A stretch of DNA of 26,739 nt from Deltaproteobacteria bacterium (GTDB taxonomy: Bacteria > Myxococcota_A > UBA9160 > SMWR01). The stretch covers positions 1 through 26,739 of the forward strand of contig JAQBHB010000106.1 in NCBI GenBank assembly GCA_032128115.1, given 5' to 3'. The notes below the pieces were generated by a model. It searched no databases. It had not been told where the DNA came from and saw only the letters and a list, made by a program, of their open reading frames with translations. Each line of letters begins with the position of its first letter. Position 1 is the stretch's first letter. Of this stretch, positions 8,982-16,764 are shown in pieces. The position numbers were made by a program, and so were the translations under genes.

Positions 8982-10388
8982 TCATGCCGATTCGATGCTT
9001 GTCACCGTCTCGGCCGCTGCGCCCACGCCGTGCCGCATCACGCGGCTGAACAGGAGTCCGTAGTGCAGCAACTCGGGCAGCCTGCGGGCGTAGCCCACCA
9101 CGAATCTCGGTCGCATCAGGTTGCGCGGCGAGAGGTAGCCGGCCTCGGACAACGAAATCAGCACCCAGAGCAGCAGGTGGCCGGTGACGCCGCCCTTGCG
9201 CACGTGGAGGGTCCAGCGCTTCGCGATCTCCAGGTTCGCGAAGAGGCCGTTGGCCAGGGCGTCCGCCAGGAGCCCGGGATTCATGTCGATGAGGCTCGTA
9301 TAGCCCTCTGGCTCGGTGTCGCTTCGCTCGATGCGACCCCTGGCGAAGTCCACCGACCAGTACTCGAGCGCCTCGCCTCGTTGGATTCGAAACGTCCAGT
9401 AGCTGCGCAGGAGGCGCCGTAGGGGCCCCAGGCGCCGCAGGAACGCACCGAAGTACGCGCAGAAGTCGGCATGGGAGAGCGTGCGAGAGGCTTCGAGGCG
9501 ATAGAGCGCCTCGAACTCCTCGCGGCGCTCCTCCGCCATGCGTTCCACCGCTGCGGTGAAGTCGAAGTCGCCGGCTTCCCCGTCGCCCCGAAACCCCTCT
9601 TCGGTGCTCCAGCTGGCACCGGGCGGCATCTGCACCACCCGGGTGCCTTCCACCGGATGAGCCCGCATGTAGTCCACCAGCTCCTTCGCCGGGATCAGGT
9701 GGCGGTTCTGCTCCCGAGCCTCCCGGTGGAGATGACAGACACCGCTGGCAAACGGGATGGCGTTGTGCGGCGACAACTGGCGCACCGCCTCGCGGAACCC
9801 CTCCAGATAGGACTCGCGCCGCACGGCCGCCGCCTCCGTGGGATCGTCGAAGCGATAGCAGTCGGGGAACGACCAGGCGGGCGAGTGACTGCGCAGCAGG
9901 AAATCGGGTCGGGGAAAGCGCCGGCGCAACGAGCGCCACGACGGCGGCAGCGGCTTGGCGTCGTTGAGATCGATCAGCACCCGGCCCTCGGCCTCCACGG
10001 CCAGTACGGCGTCGTCCAGATACTGGATCTGGAAGCTGCTGATGAAGAAGTCCGGCGCCAGACGGTAACGACGGCCGTGAACCATTTCCGTCACGCGCGT
10101 GAACCCCAGGTCGGCGAGTTCGGCGCCAAGGGTCGAGACCGGGAAGCGCGGCACGAACAGGTGAGCCTCCCGATGGAAGCGGCGAAGCGTCTCGACATCG
10201 AAATGGTCGTAGTGCCAGTGGCTGACGAAGACATGGTCCGCCTCGAAGATCGACTCGTCGTAGACCGGCGGCGGGCAGTGGGACCAGGACCCCCAGTAGA
10301 TGGGATCCGACAGCCAGGGATCGACCACCAGGGATTGGCCAGCGGCCTCGACCTGCAGGCACGCGTGTCCGACAACGCTGAATTTCAC
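8982..10388 (-). CDS. MBL-fold metallo-hydrolase (UlaG / CMP-Neu5Ac hydroxylase C-terminal-like)
   Basis: Likely start GTG 10388 (VKFSVVGHACL). DPWL...GSW, HxHxDH motif SHWHYDH, DLND, IPFAS. The upstream part of the 1062-aa track ORF is antisense shadow of the next gene. Confidence 0.85.
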   Translation of the reverse strand: MKFSVVGHACLQVEAAGQSLVVDPWLSDPIYWGSWSHCPPPVYDESIFEADHVFVSHWHYDHFDVETLRRFHREAHLFVPRFPVSTLGAELADLGFTRVTEMVHGRRYRLAPDFFISSFQIQYLDDAVLAVEAEGRVLIDLNDAKPLPPSWRSLRRRFPRPDFLLRSHSPAWSFPDCYRFDDPTEAAAVRRESYLEGFREAVRQLSPHNAIPFASGVCHLHREAREQNRHLIPAKELVDYMRAHPVEGTRVVQMPPGASWSTEEGFRGDGEAGDFDFTAAVERMAEERREEFEALYRLEASRTLSHADFCAYFGAFLRRLGPLRRLLRSYWTFRIQRGEALEYWSVDFARGRIERSDTEPEGYTSLIDMNPGLLADALANGLFANLEIAKRWTLHVRKGGVTGHLLLWVLISLSEAGYLSPRNLMRPRFVVGYARRLPELLHYGLLFSRVMRHGVGAAAETVTSIESA

Positions 10389-10496
10389 GGCGGAGCGGAG
10401 AATACCCTGCCGGGGTTGCCGATCACTTGCCGGCGGGCTTCCCAAGGGTTCACGAGTGCGCAGATGAGGTAATCTCACCTCACAAAAGATTCTGTG

Positions 10497-12281
10497 ATGG
10501 CCGATACACGGCAGGTGCCGGGCCCGAACGCCGCCGCTGCGAGGGATCCGATCCGCCTGCTGCTCGTCGAAGACGATCCGGTGGATGCGGCGCACCTGCG
10601 GGAGATCCTCACCAGCGTCGACGAGGTGAAGTTCGAGATCGAGCAGGCCTCGCATGTGGAAGAAGGCCTGCAGATGCTTCGGGACGGTGCGTTCCAGGTC
10701 GTGCTCCTGGACCTGAGTCTCGAAGAGGGCGATGGCCTCGACACCCTGTCGCGGGCCAAGGTGGCCGCCGCGTCGGTTCCGATCATCGCCATGACCAGCC
10801 AGGGCAACGAGGTGCAGGCGCTCAAGGCCCTGCGGGTTGGCGCCCAGGACTACCTGGTCAAGGGAGAGTCCGAACCGCGCCTGGTGGTGCGCACCGTGCT
10901 CTACGCGGTCGAGCGCCACCGCATCCTCACCGACCTGGCCCTGGCCCGACAGCGCGAGCACTACATCGCGACCCACGACAGCCTCACCGGCCTCCCGAAC
11001 CGTGCCGCCTTCATGGATCAGCTGCAGCGTTCGATCGCCTACGCCGCGCGCAATCAGACCCAGGTGTCCCTGCTCTTCGTCGACGTGGATCGCTTCAAGA
11101 ACATCAACGACAGCATGGGGCACCAGGTGGGCGACGAGTTGCTGCGGGTCGTCTCCACCCGTCTGCAGGACGTGGTCCGGCGCAGCGACATGCTGGGGCG
11201 CCTGGGGGGCGACGAATTCATCGTGTTGCTCCAGGACGTGCAGCGCGATCACGACCCTGCCCGCGTATCCCAGAAGATCCTGGATACGCTCTCGCGGCCG
11301 TGCAGCCTGAACGGCGCGGAATACAGGGTCACCGCCAGTGTCGGCATCGCCGTGTATCCCAGCGATGGCATGAGTGCCGACGTACTGATCAAGAACGCGG
11401 ACCTGGCCATGTACCACGCCAAGAGCGTGGGCCGGAACCGCTACTCCTACTACGCCAAGGACATGGACGACCAGGTGGCGACGAGCCTCGACATGGAGAA
11501 CGGCTTGCGCCTCGCCCTCGAGCACCATTCGCTGCTGGTGCACTATCAACCCCAGGTCCACGTGGGCAAGGGCATCATCGGCGCCGAGGCGCTGGTGCGC
11601 TGGCGCTGCCCCAACCGGGGCATGGTCTCGCCCGCCACGTTCATCCCCATGGCCGAAGAAACCGGCTTGATCCACCCGATCGGTGCCTGGGTGCTGCGCA
11701 CGGCCTGCGAGCAGGCGGTGGCCTGGCAAGGCGCCGGCCGCGGCATCCGCGTGGCCGTCAACGTGTCGACCCGACAACTGGCATCGTCCAGCTTCGCCGA
11801 CGAGGTTTCCACCACACTGCGGGAGACCGGCCTGGATCCCCGGCGCCTGGAGCTGGAGATCACCGAGAGCAGTGTCCTCGAAGAACAGGGTGTCACCCTG
11901 GGCACCATCCGGTTGGTACGCCAGCTGGGCGTACGCGTGGCCATCGACGACTTCGGAACCGGGTACTCGGCGCTGAGCGCCCTGCGGAACCTGCCAGTGG
12001 ACGCCCTCAAGATCGACCGCTCGTTCGTTTCCGACCTGGACAGCGACCCATCGGTGCGCACCATCACCACCAGCCTGATCGACCTCGCCACCGGCCTGGG
12101 TCTGGACGTCACCGCCGAGGGAGTGGAGAACACCGGTCAGATGCGCTTCCTCGAATCCCGCGGCTGCCACGACATGCAGGGCTTCCTGTTCTCGCGCCCC
12201 ATGCCGGCCGAAGAATTCGCGCGCCAGCTCCAGACTCCCGTGCCCCCGTGGCAGGAGGCGCTCTCCACCAGTATCGAATAG
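10497..12281 (+). CDS. REC-GGDEF-EAL response regulator (diguanylate cyclase/phosphodiesterase)
   Basis: REC: LLVEDD, VLLDL, MTS, YLVK. HDSLTGLPNR, RRSD I-site, GGDEF, EAL, ELEITES, DDFGTGYS, KIDRSF, AEGVE, QGFLF. Start is GTG 10494 or ATG 10497. Confidence 0.95.
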   Translation: MADTRQVPGPNAAAARDPIRLLLVEDDPVDAAHLREILTSVDEVKFEIEQASHVEEGLQMLRDGAFQVVLLDLSLEEGDGLDTLSRAKVAAASVPIIAMTSQGNEVQALKALRVGAQDYLVKGESEPRLVVRTVLYAVERHRILTDLALARQREHYIATHDSLTGLPNRAAFMDQLQRSIAYAARNQTQVSLLFVDVDRFKNINDSMGHQVGDELLRVVSTRLQDVVRRSDMLGRLGGDEFIVLLQDVQRDHDPARVSQKILDTLSRPCSLNGAEYRVTASVGIAVYPSDGMSADVLIKNADLAMYHAKSVGRNRYSYYAKDMDDQVATSLDMENGLRLALEHHSLLVHYQPQVHVGKGIIGAEALVRWRCPNRGMVSPATFIPMAEETGLIHPIGAWVLRTACEQAVAWQGAGRGIRVAVNVSTRQLASSSFADEVSTTLRETGLDPRRLELEITESSVLEEQGVTLGTIRLVRQLGVRVAIDDFGTGYSALSALRNLPVDALKIDRSFVSDLDSDPSVRTITTSLIDLATGLGLDVTAEGVENTGQMRFLESRGCHDMQGFLFSRPMPAEEFARQLQTPVPPWQEALSTSIE

Positions 12282-12340
12282 CGCCGGCGATTTCCCGGAC
12301 CGACTGCAGGGACCCGCACCGGCTGCCGAAACATCCCCAG

Positions 12341-13093
12341 ATGGAAGACGAGACCGACCTACGGCGTCTGGAGCGGCAGCTGCGCGGCATCCGAGAGCCT
12401 GCCATGCGGCGGGAGCGCGTCCTCGAGGCCCTGGAGGGCTGCGACGCCGGAGCCGCCTACGACCTGGTGGCGGCCGTAGTGCGCCGCCCCGAGGCCCAGT
12501 GTCCCGCCTTCCCCATCCTGCGCCGGACGCTGCACGAGATGCTGCTGGACGGGGGCGCCGTCCGGCCGCTCAGCTACGAGCTGCGGGCCACTCTGTACTC
12601 CGAGGCGGCCAGCCACGAGGACGAGTTCGTAATGCGACTGCTGCGCTCGGCCGATTCGGCCGCGGCCATGGCGAATCCCGGGGCCGCCCTGTCGCGCTCG
12701 GTGGCCGAGATCCCCCTGGGTATGCGCCGCGCCCTGTCCAAGGGCGTGGACAAGAACCTGCTGGATCGCCTGCTCCTGGATCCGGATCCGATCGTGATCG
12801 AGAACCTGTTGGAGAACCCTCGCATCACCGAGAAGGACGCGGTCCGGATCGGCGGCCGTCGGCCGATCTCCGGCACGACCCTGGTGAGCCTTTACAGGAG
12901 CCGCCGCTTCGGAACGCGCCTGCGGGTTCGCATGGCCCTGGCCTGCAACCCCTACTGCCCCACGGACGTGGCGCTTCAGGTGCTGGCAGCGCTCGATCGG
13001 GGCGCGCTGCGCCAGATCGCCCGCGACGCCACGCTCCACCAGGACGTGCGCAACCACGCCCAGGACGAACTCGGCCGCCGCGGCCCGGACTGA
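12341..13093 (+). CDS. Hypothetical alpha-helical repeat protein (HEAT/LRV-like C-terminal half)
   Basis: ATG 12341, GC3-rich codon usage. Repeating helical units LLLDPDPIVIENLLENPRIT, RVRMALACNPYCP, LARD-like IARDATLHQDVR. Confidence 0.75.
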   Translation: MEDETDLRRLERQLRGIREPAMRRERVLEALEGCDAGAAYDLVAAVVRRPEAQCPAFPILRRTLHEMLLDGGAVRPLSYELRATLYSEAASHEDEFVMRLLRSADSAAAMANPGAALSRSVAEIPLGMRRALSKGVDKNLLDRLLLDPDPIVIENLLENPRITEKDAVRIGGRRPISGTTLVSLYRSRRFGTRLRVRMALACNPYCPTDVALQVLAALDRGALRQIARDATLHQDVRNHAQDELGRRGPD

Positions 13094-13107
13094 GCTATAT
13101 CGACCGG

Positions 13108-14508
13108 GTGCAGACGGGAGAAATCTATGGGGAGGCCGCGGGCGTGCCGTCACCGCTCGATCGGTTCCTCCGCTTGTTCACGGAAGTGCGAAGCGGAGAG
13201 GGCATCACCGCCCTTCTCATGGTCGCCAACGTCTTCCTGATCCTGTGCGCGTACTACTTGATCAAGCCGCTGCGCGAGGGCTGGATCGCTGTGTCGGCCA
13301 TCGAGGGCCTCGAGAAGATGGAGGTGAAGGCCTACTCGAGCTTCGGCCAGGCCCTGCTCTTGATCCCGATCGTGGCGTTCTACGGCCGGCTCTCCGAGCG
13401 CTGGAATCGCACGACGCTCATCACCGGGGCGACGCTCTTCTGCATGTCGAACATGCTGCTCTTCTGGTTTCTGCAGCCCGATTTCTTCCTTCCCAATCTG
13501 CCCTGGACGGGAATCGCCTTCTACCTGTGGGTCGGGATGTTCGGCGTGTTCGTAGTGGCCCAGTTCTGGGCGTTTGCGGCCGACCTCTATTCACGCGAGG
13601 CGGGCGAGCGCCTGCTGCCCTTCATTGCCATCGGCGCCACTGCCGGCGCGGTCGGGGGATCCTGGATCACGGGGCGCCTGGTCGCTTCCGACTGGGTTCC
13701 CACCGAGGCCCTGCTGGTGGTGGCCACGCTGCCCCTGGCGGTCTCCATCGGCCTCACCCACCTCGCCGATCGCCGTGAATCCCATGCGCTCCGGGTCGGA
13801 GAGGCCCTCAGGCCCCCGTCCTCGGACAAGGGGCCCTCGGGACTGTCGATGGTGCTGGCCAGTCGCTTCCTGCTGGCCACTGCCATGGTGACGCTGTTGC
13901 TCAGCTGGGTGAACACCAACGGGGAGAACCTTCTCTATCGCGTGGTACAGCAGGTACTCGCATCCGACGCGGTCCGGGAGGGTATCTCCCCCGGCGCGCT
14001 GATCGAGTACACCCGGGATGGCACCACGGTCTTCTACGGCGACTTCTACTTCTGGGTGAACAGCGTCGCCCTGATCCTGCAGGCCTTCGTGGCCTCGCGC
14101 CTGCTCAAGTACGGCGGGTTCGGAGCCATCCTCCTGGCCATGCCCGCGGTGGCGCTGGTGTCATACTCCGCCATGGCCCTGTTCCCCGTGTTGGCCATCG
14201 TGAAAATCATGAAGATCGCCGAGAACGCCACCGACTACTCCATCAACAACACCGCGCGGCACGTCCTGTGGCTCCCGGTCGGCTCCGAGATCAAATACAA
14301 GGGCAAGCCGACCATCGATACACTCTTCGTGCGCATCGGAGACGGACTCGCCGCTGCCACCGTCCTGGTGGGCGTGCACCTGTTGGCGCTTCCCACGGCG
14401 TCCTACTTCGTCATCAACGTGGGTCTGGTGGTAATCTGGCTGGCACTGGCGCAGCTGGTGGTTCGCGAGTACGGGCGTCTGGCGGAGACGCAGAAATCCG
14501 CGGGATGA
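13108..14508 (+). CDS. NTT/TLC-family (Npt1/Npt2-like) nucleotide exchange transporter, MFS fold
   Basis: About 12 hydrophobic segments. YYLIKPLRE, QFWAFAADLYSREAGERLLPFIAIG, DYSINNTARHVLW and KYKGKPTIDTLFVRIGD are characteristic of bacterial NTT homologs. Start uncertain (GTG 13108 or 13144). Confidence 0.82.
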   Translation: MQTGEIYGEAAGVPSPLDRFLRLFTEVRSGEGITALLMVANVFLILCAYYLIKPLREGWIAVSAIEGLEKMEVKAYSSFGQALLLIPIVAFYGRLSERWNRTTLITGATLFCMSNMLLFWFLQPDFFLPNLPWTGIAFYLWVGMFGVFVVAQFWAFAADLYSREAGERLLPFIAIGATAGAVGGSWITGRLVASDWVPTEALLVVATLPLAVSIGLTHLADRRESHALRVGEALRPPSSDKGPSGLSMVLASRFLLATAMVTLLLSWVNTNGENLLYRVVQQVLASDAVREGISPGALIEYTRDGTTVFYGDFYFWVNSVALILQAFVASRLLKYGGFGAILLAMPAVALVSYSAMALFPVLAIVKIMKIAENATDYSINNTARHVLWLPVGSEIKYKGKPTIDTLFVRIGDGLAAATVLVGVHLLALPTASYFVINVGLVVIWLALAQLVVREYGRLAETQKSAG

Positions 14509-15479
14509 TCCGCCCGGGGATTGCGTGTCTTGCGGTTTCTCTCGCGGCGTCACTCGCGGTGTGTCTGGGGATGACTTCGCTGCCCGCCCGGGGCGATGAG
14601 GCTCCGGATGGCGATGTCCCCGTTCCCGACCCGGTGCTCAGCATGCTGGAGGTGCTGGAGGAGACCCCTCCCATCGGCGATCCCGCCCCCCTGTGGGAGC
14701 GCGGCGATCCGGACCTGCAGACCGCCGTGGAAGCGGCGCTCGTGCGCCTCCGGCTGGACGATGACACCCGCAAACGGCGCCTGTCGGTGGTGCTCGTGGA
14801 CATCTCGAACCCGAGCCAGCCCAGGGTCGCGTCGGTCAACGGCGATCAAATGATCTACGCGGCCAGCCTTCCCAAGATCGCCGTACTGCTGGCGGTGTTC
14901 GGGCAGATCGAAGCCGGAAACATGAAGCTCGATGCGGAGACGGAGCAGCTGCTTCGCAAGATGATCCGCCGCTCCGACAACCGCGCCACCACCGAGCTGA
15001 TGCACCGGGCAGGCGTGGAGAACATCGCCAACGCCCTGCTCGACCCCCGCTACCGGCTGTACGACCCGGCCCACAACGGCGGGCTGTGGGTAGGCAAGGA
15101 CTACGCCAACGCCGGCCTGTGGCTACGCGACCCGATCCACAACCTGTCACACGGCGCAACCGCCATGCAGGTGGCCCGCTTCTACTATCTGCTGGAGACG
15201 GGAAACCTCGTGAGCCCCAAGGCGAGCCAGCAGATGAAGTCGATCCTCGAGGACAGCCAGCTGAACCACAAATTCCTGCGGGTGCTGAAGCGTATCAATC
15301 CGGGCGCCCGCACCTTCCGGAAGTCGGGATCGTGGCGCAACTTCCACTCGGACAGCGTCCTGGTGCAGAAGGGGCGCCGCGGCTACATCGCGGTAGCGCT
15401 CAGCGATGATTCCGAAGGCGATATCTGGCTGGCCCAGATCATCGAAGCCTTCGACGGGCTCATTTTCCCGAAGTCGTAG
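14505..15479 (+). CDS. Secreted serine hydrolase, class A beta-lactamase/PBP fold
   Basis: ATGA overlap with the transporter stop. Signal peptide ending LPARG. SxxK (AASLPK), SDN, KSG. Confidence 0.88.
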   Translation: MIRPGIACLAVSLAASLAVCLGMTSLPARGDEAPDGDVPVPDPVLSMLEVLEETPPIGDPAPLWERGDPDLQTAVEAALVRLRLDDDTRKRRLSVVLVDISNPSQPRVASVNGDQMIYAASLPKIAVLLAVFGQIEAGNMKLDAETEQLLRKMIRRSDNRATTELMHRAGVENIANALLDPRYRLYDPAHNGGLWVGKDYANAGLWLRDPIHNLSHGATAMQVARFYYLLETGNLVSPKASQQMKSILEDSQLNHKFLRVLKRINPGARTFRKSGSWRNFHSDSVLVQKGRRGYIAVALSDDSEGDIWLAQIIEAFDGLIFPKS

Positions 15480-16764
15480 CCTCGCCCTCGGTGGGTTCGG
15501 TCGCGGCCGGCGCGCGGTGGAATCCCCCGATGATGTCCTGGAAATCGGCAGCCAGAGCCTGGTGCTTGTCGGCCGAGTTCTTGCGGAGCACGTTGGACAG
15601 CAGCACCACCATGTAGCGGAGAGGGCGACCGTTTTCGACGGTTTCCACCACCGCCAGCGAATTCATGTAGTTGACGCTGTTTCCCATGTATTTGCCGCAT
15701 TCGAAGCCCGGTTCTTCCTTGCAGCTATACAGGGAGCCGGACTTGAAATAGACCGCCGCATCGTCGAGCGCCGGGCTGGCCGCGTAGCGGATGCGGATGT
15801 CCGTCAGGTAGAGCAATCGCTTGATCTCGCGGCTCGACCAGACATCGACCAACCTGCCCTGCTCCATCAGCACCAGGTAGCGCATGAGCTCGCGGGCGTT
15901 GGCGACGCTGTTGGTGCCGGGCACGCGAGCCTTCCCCTCCCGGGTGAAGAAGCTCCCCTGACGCAGCTGCTTCGAGTCGAGACCGTTGCGACCCAGGGGC
16001 GAAATCAACGCGTCCATGTAGATCTTCGTGAGTTCTTCCTTGGGGGTGTTCGCGAAGAAACCGGCCGCCACCTCGTCGGATACCGGGTACTCACTGCCAA
16101 AGTGCTTGAGCAGCATGACCTGGGACATGAGCATGCTGGCGGCGGCATTGGAGCTGGCGGAGCACATCCAGTCGAGCCAGGTGTAGAGGTTCGCGGAGTC
16201 GGTCTCTTCGATGGGGCGCCGCTTCACGGTGGAATCGCCTGGCTTCCAGAACGGCACCACGTGGTGGTCCGTGCGGATGAAACCGTTGGCCGCCAGCTGG
16301 GTTTCGGTCAGGATCTTGTGGCGCGTTTCCAGGTCCGGATGGGCGTCCGCCAGACCCTGGAAGAAGGCCAGCGCCACCGCCACCTTCCCCACGCTGCCCG
16401 GGTTCTGGACCATGCTGCCGTTGTGCTCGGCGTAGCGCGGCGCGGTCGGGTCGGTGATGTCCAGAATCGCGATGCCGTAGCCGGCGGCGTCGCCGCCCAG
16501 CAGGGCCCGGATCTGGGACGAGAGATTCGGGTCCGAATCCGGCACGCTGAAATCGGGCCGCTCCCGGAGGCGCAGGTCCACCTCCTCGAGCGTCAACAAG
16601 GATCCGGGCTTCAGGGTTCCGCGCGCCAGCAGGGGGGCGCGCGCCAGGTCGAACGCCTCGAGCCGGGCGATCCCGGTGGCCTCGTAACCGTCCAGGGGAT
16701 AGGCACCCGCGGCCCCGGCTCCTGCGACGACCAGCCACACCGCGACCCGGAATTCACGCATCAT
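15460..16764 (-). CDS. Secreted serine hydrolase, class A beta-lactamase/PBP fold (divergent, with insertions)
   Basis: Signal peptide (MMREFRVAVWLVVAGAGAAGA). SxxK (PGSVGK), SxN (ASSN), FKSGS. Cys pair YSCKEEPGFEC. ATGA overlap with the upstream dikinase stop. Confidence 0.82.
   Translation of the reverse strand: MMREFRVAVWLVVAGAGAAGAYPLDGYEATGIARLEAFDLARAPLLARGTLKPGSLLTLEEVDLRLRERPDFSVPDSDPNLSSQIRALLGGDAAGYGIAILDITDPTAPRYAEHNGSMVQNPGSVGKVAVALAFFQGLADAHPDLETRHKILTETQLAANGFIRTDHHVVPFWKPGDSTVKRRPIEETDSANLYTWLDWMCSASSNAAASMLMSQVMLLKHFGSEYPVSDEVAAGFFANTPKEELTKIYMDALISPLGRNGLDSKQLRQGSFFTREGKARVPGTNSVANARELMRYLVLMEQGRLVDVWSSREIKRLLYLTDIRIRYAASPALDDAAVYFKSGSLYSCKEEPGFECGKYMGNSVNYMNSLAVVETVENGRPLRYMVVLLSNVLRKNSADKHQALAADFQDIIGGFHRAPAATEPTEGEATTSGK

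Noticed and set aside
10389..12170. N-terminal ~590 aa of the 1062-aa minus-strand ORF (apparent giant fusion with the MBL domain)
   Set aside because: It is the antisense shadow of the REC-GGDEF-EAL gene; recognisable MBL sequence starts only at GTG 10388.
14505..16764. Calling these bla antibiotic-resistance genes
   Set aside because: No ExxLN omega-loop motif is visible and the context is non-mobile; activity cannot be inferred from the fold alone.
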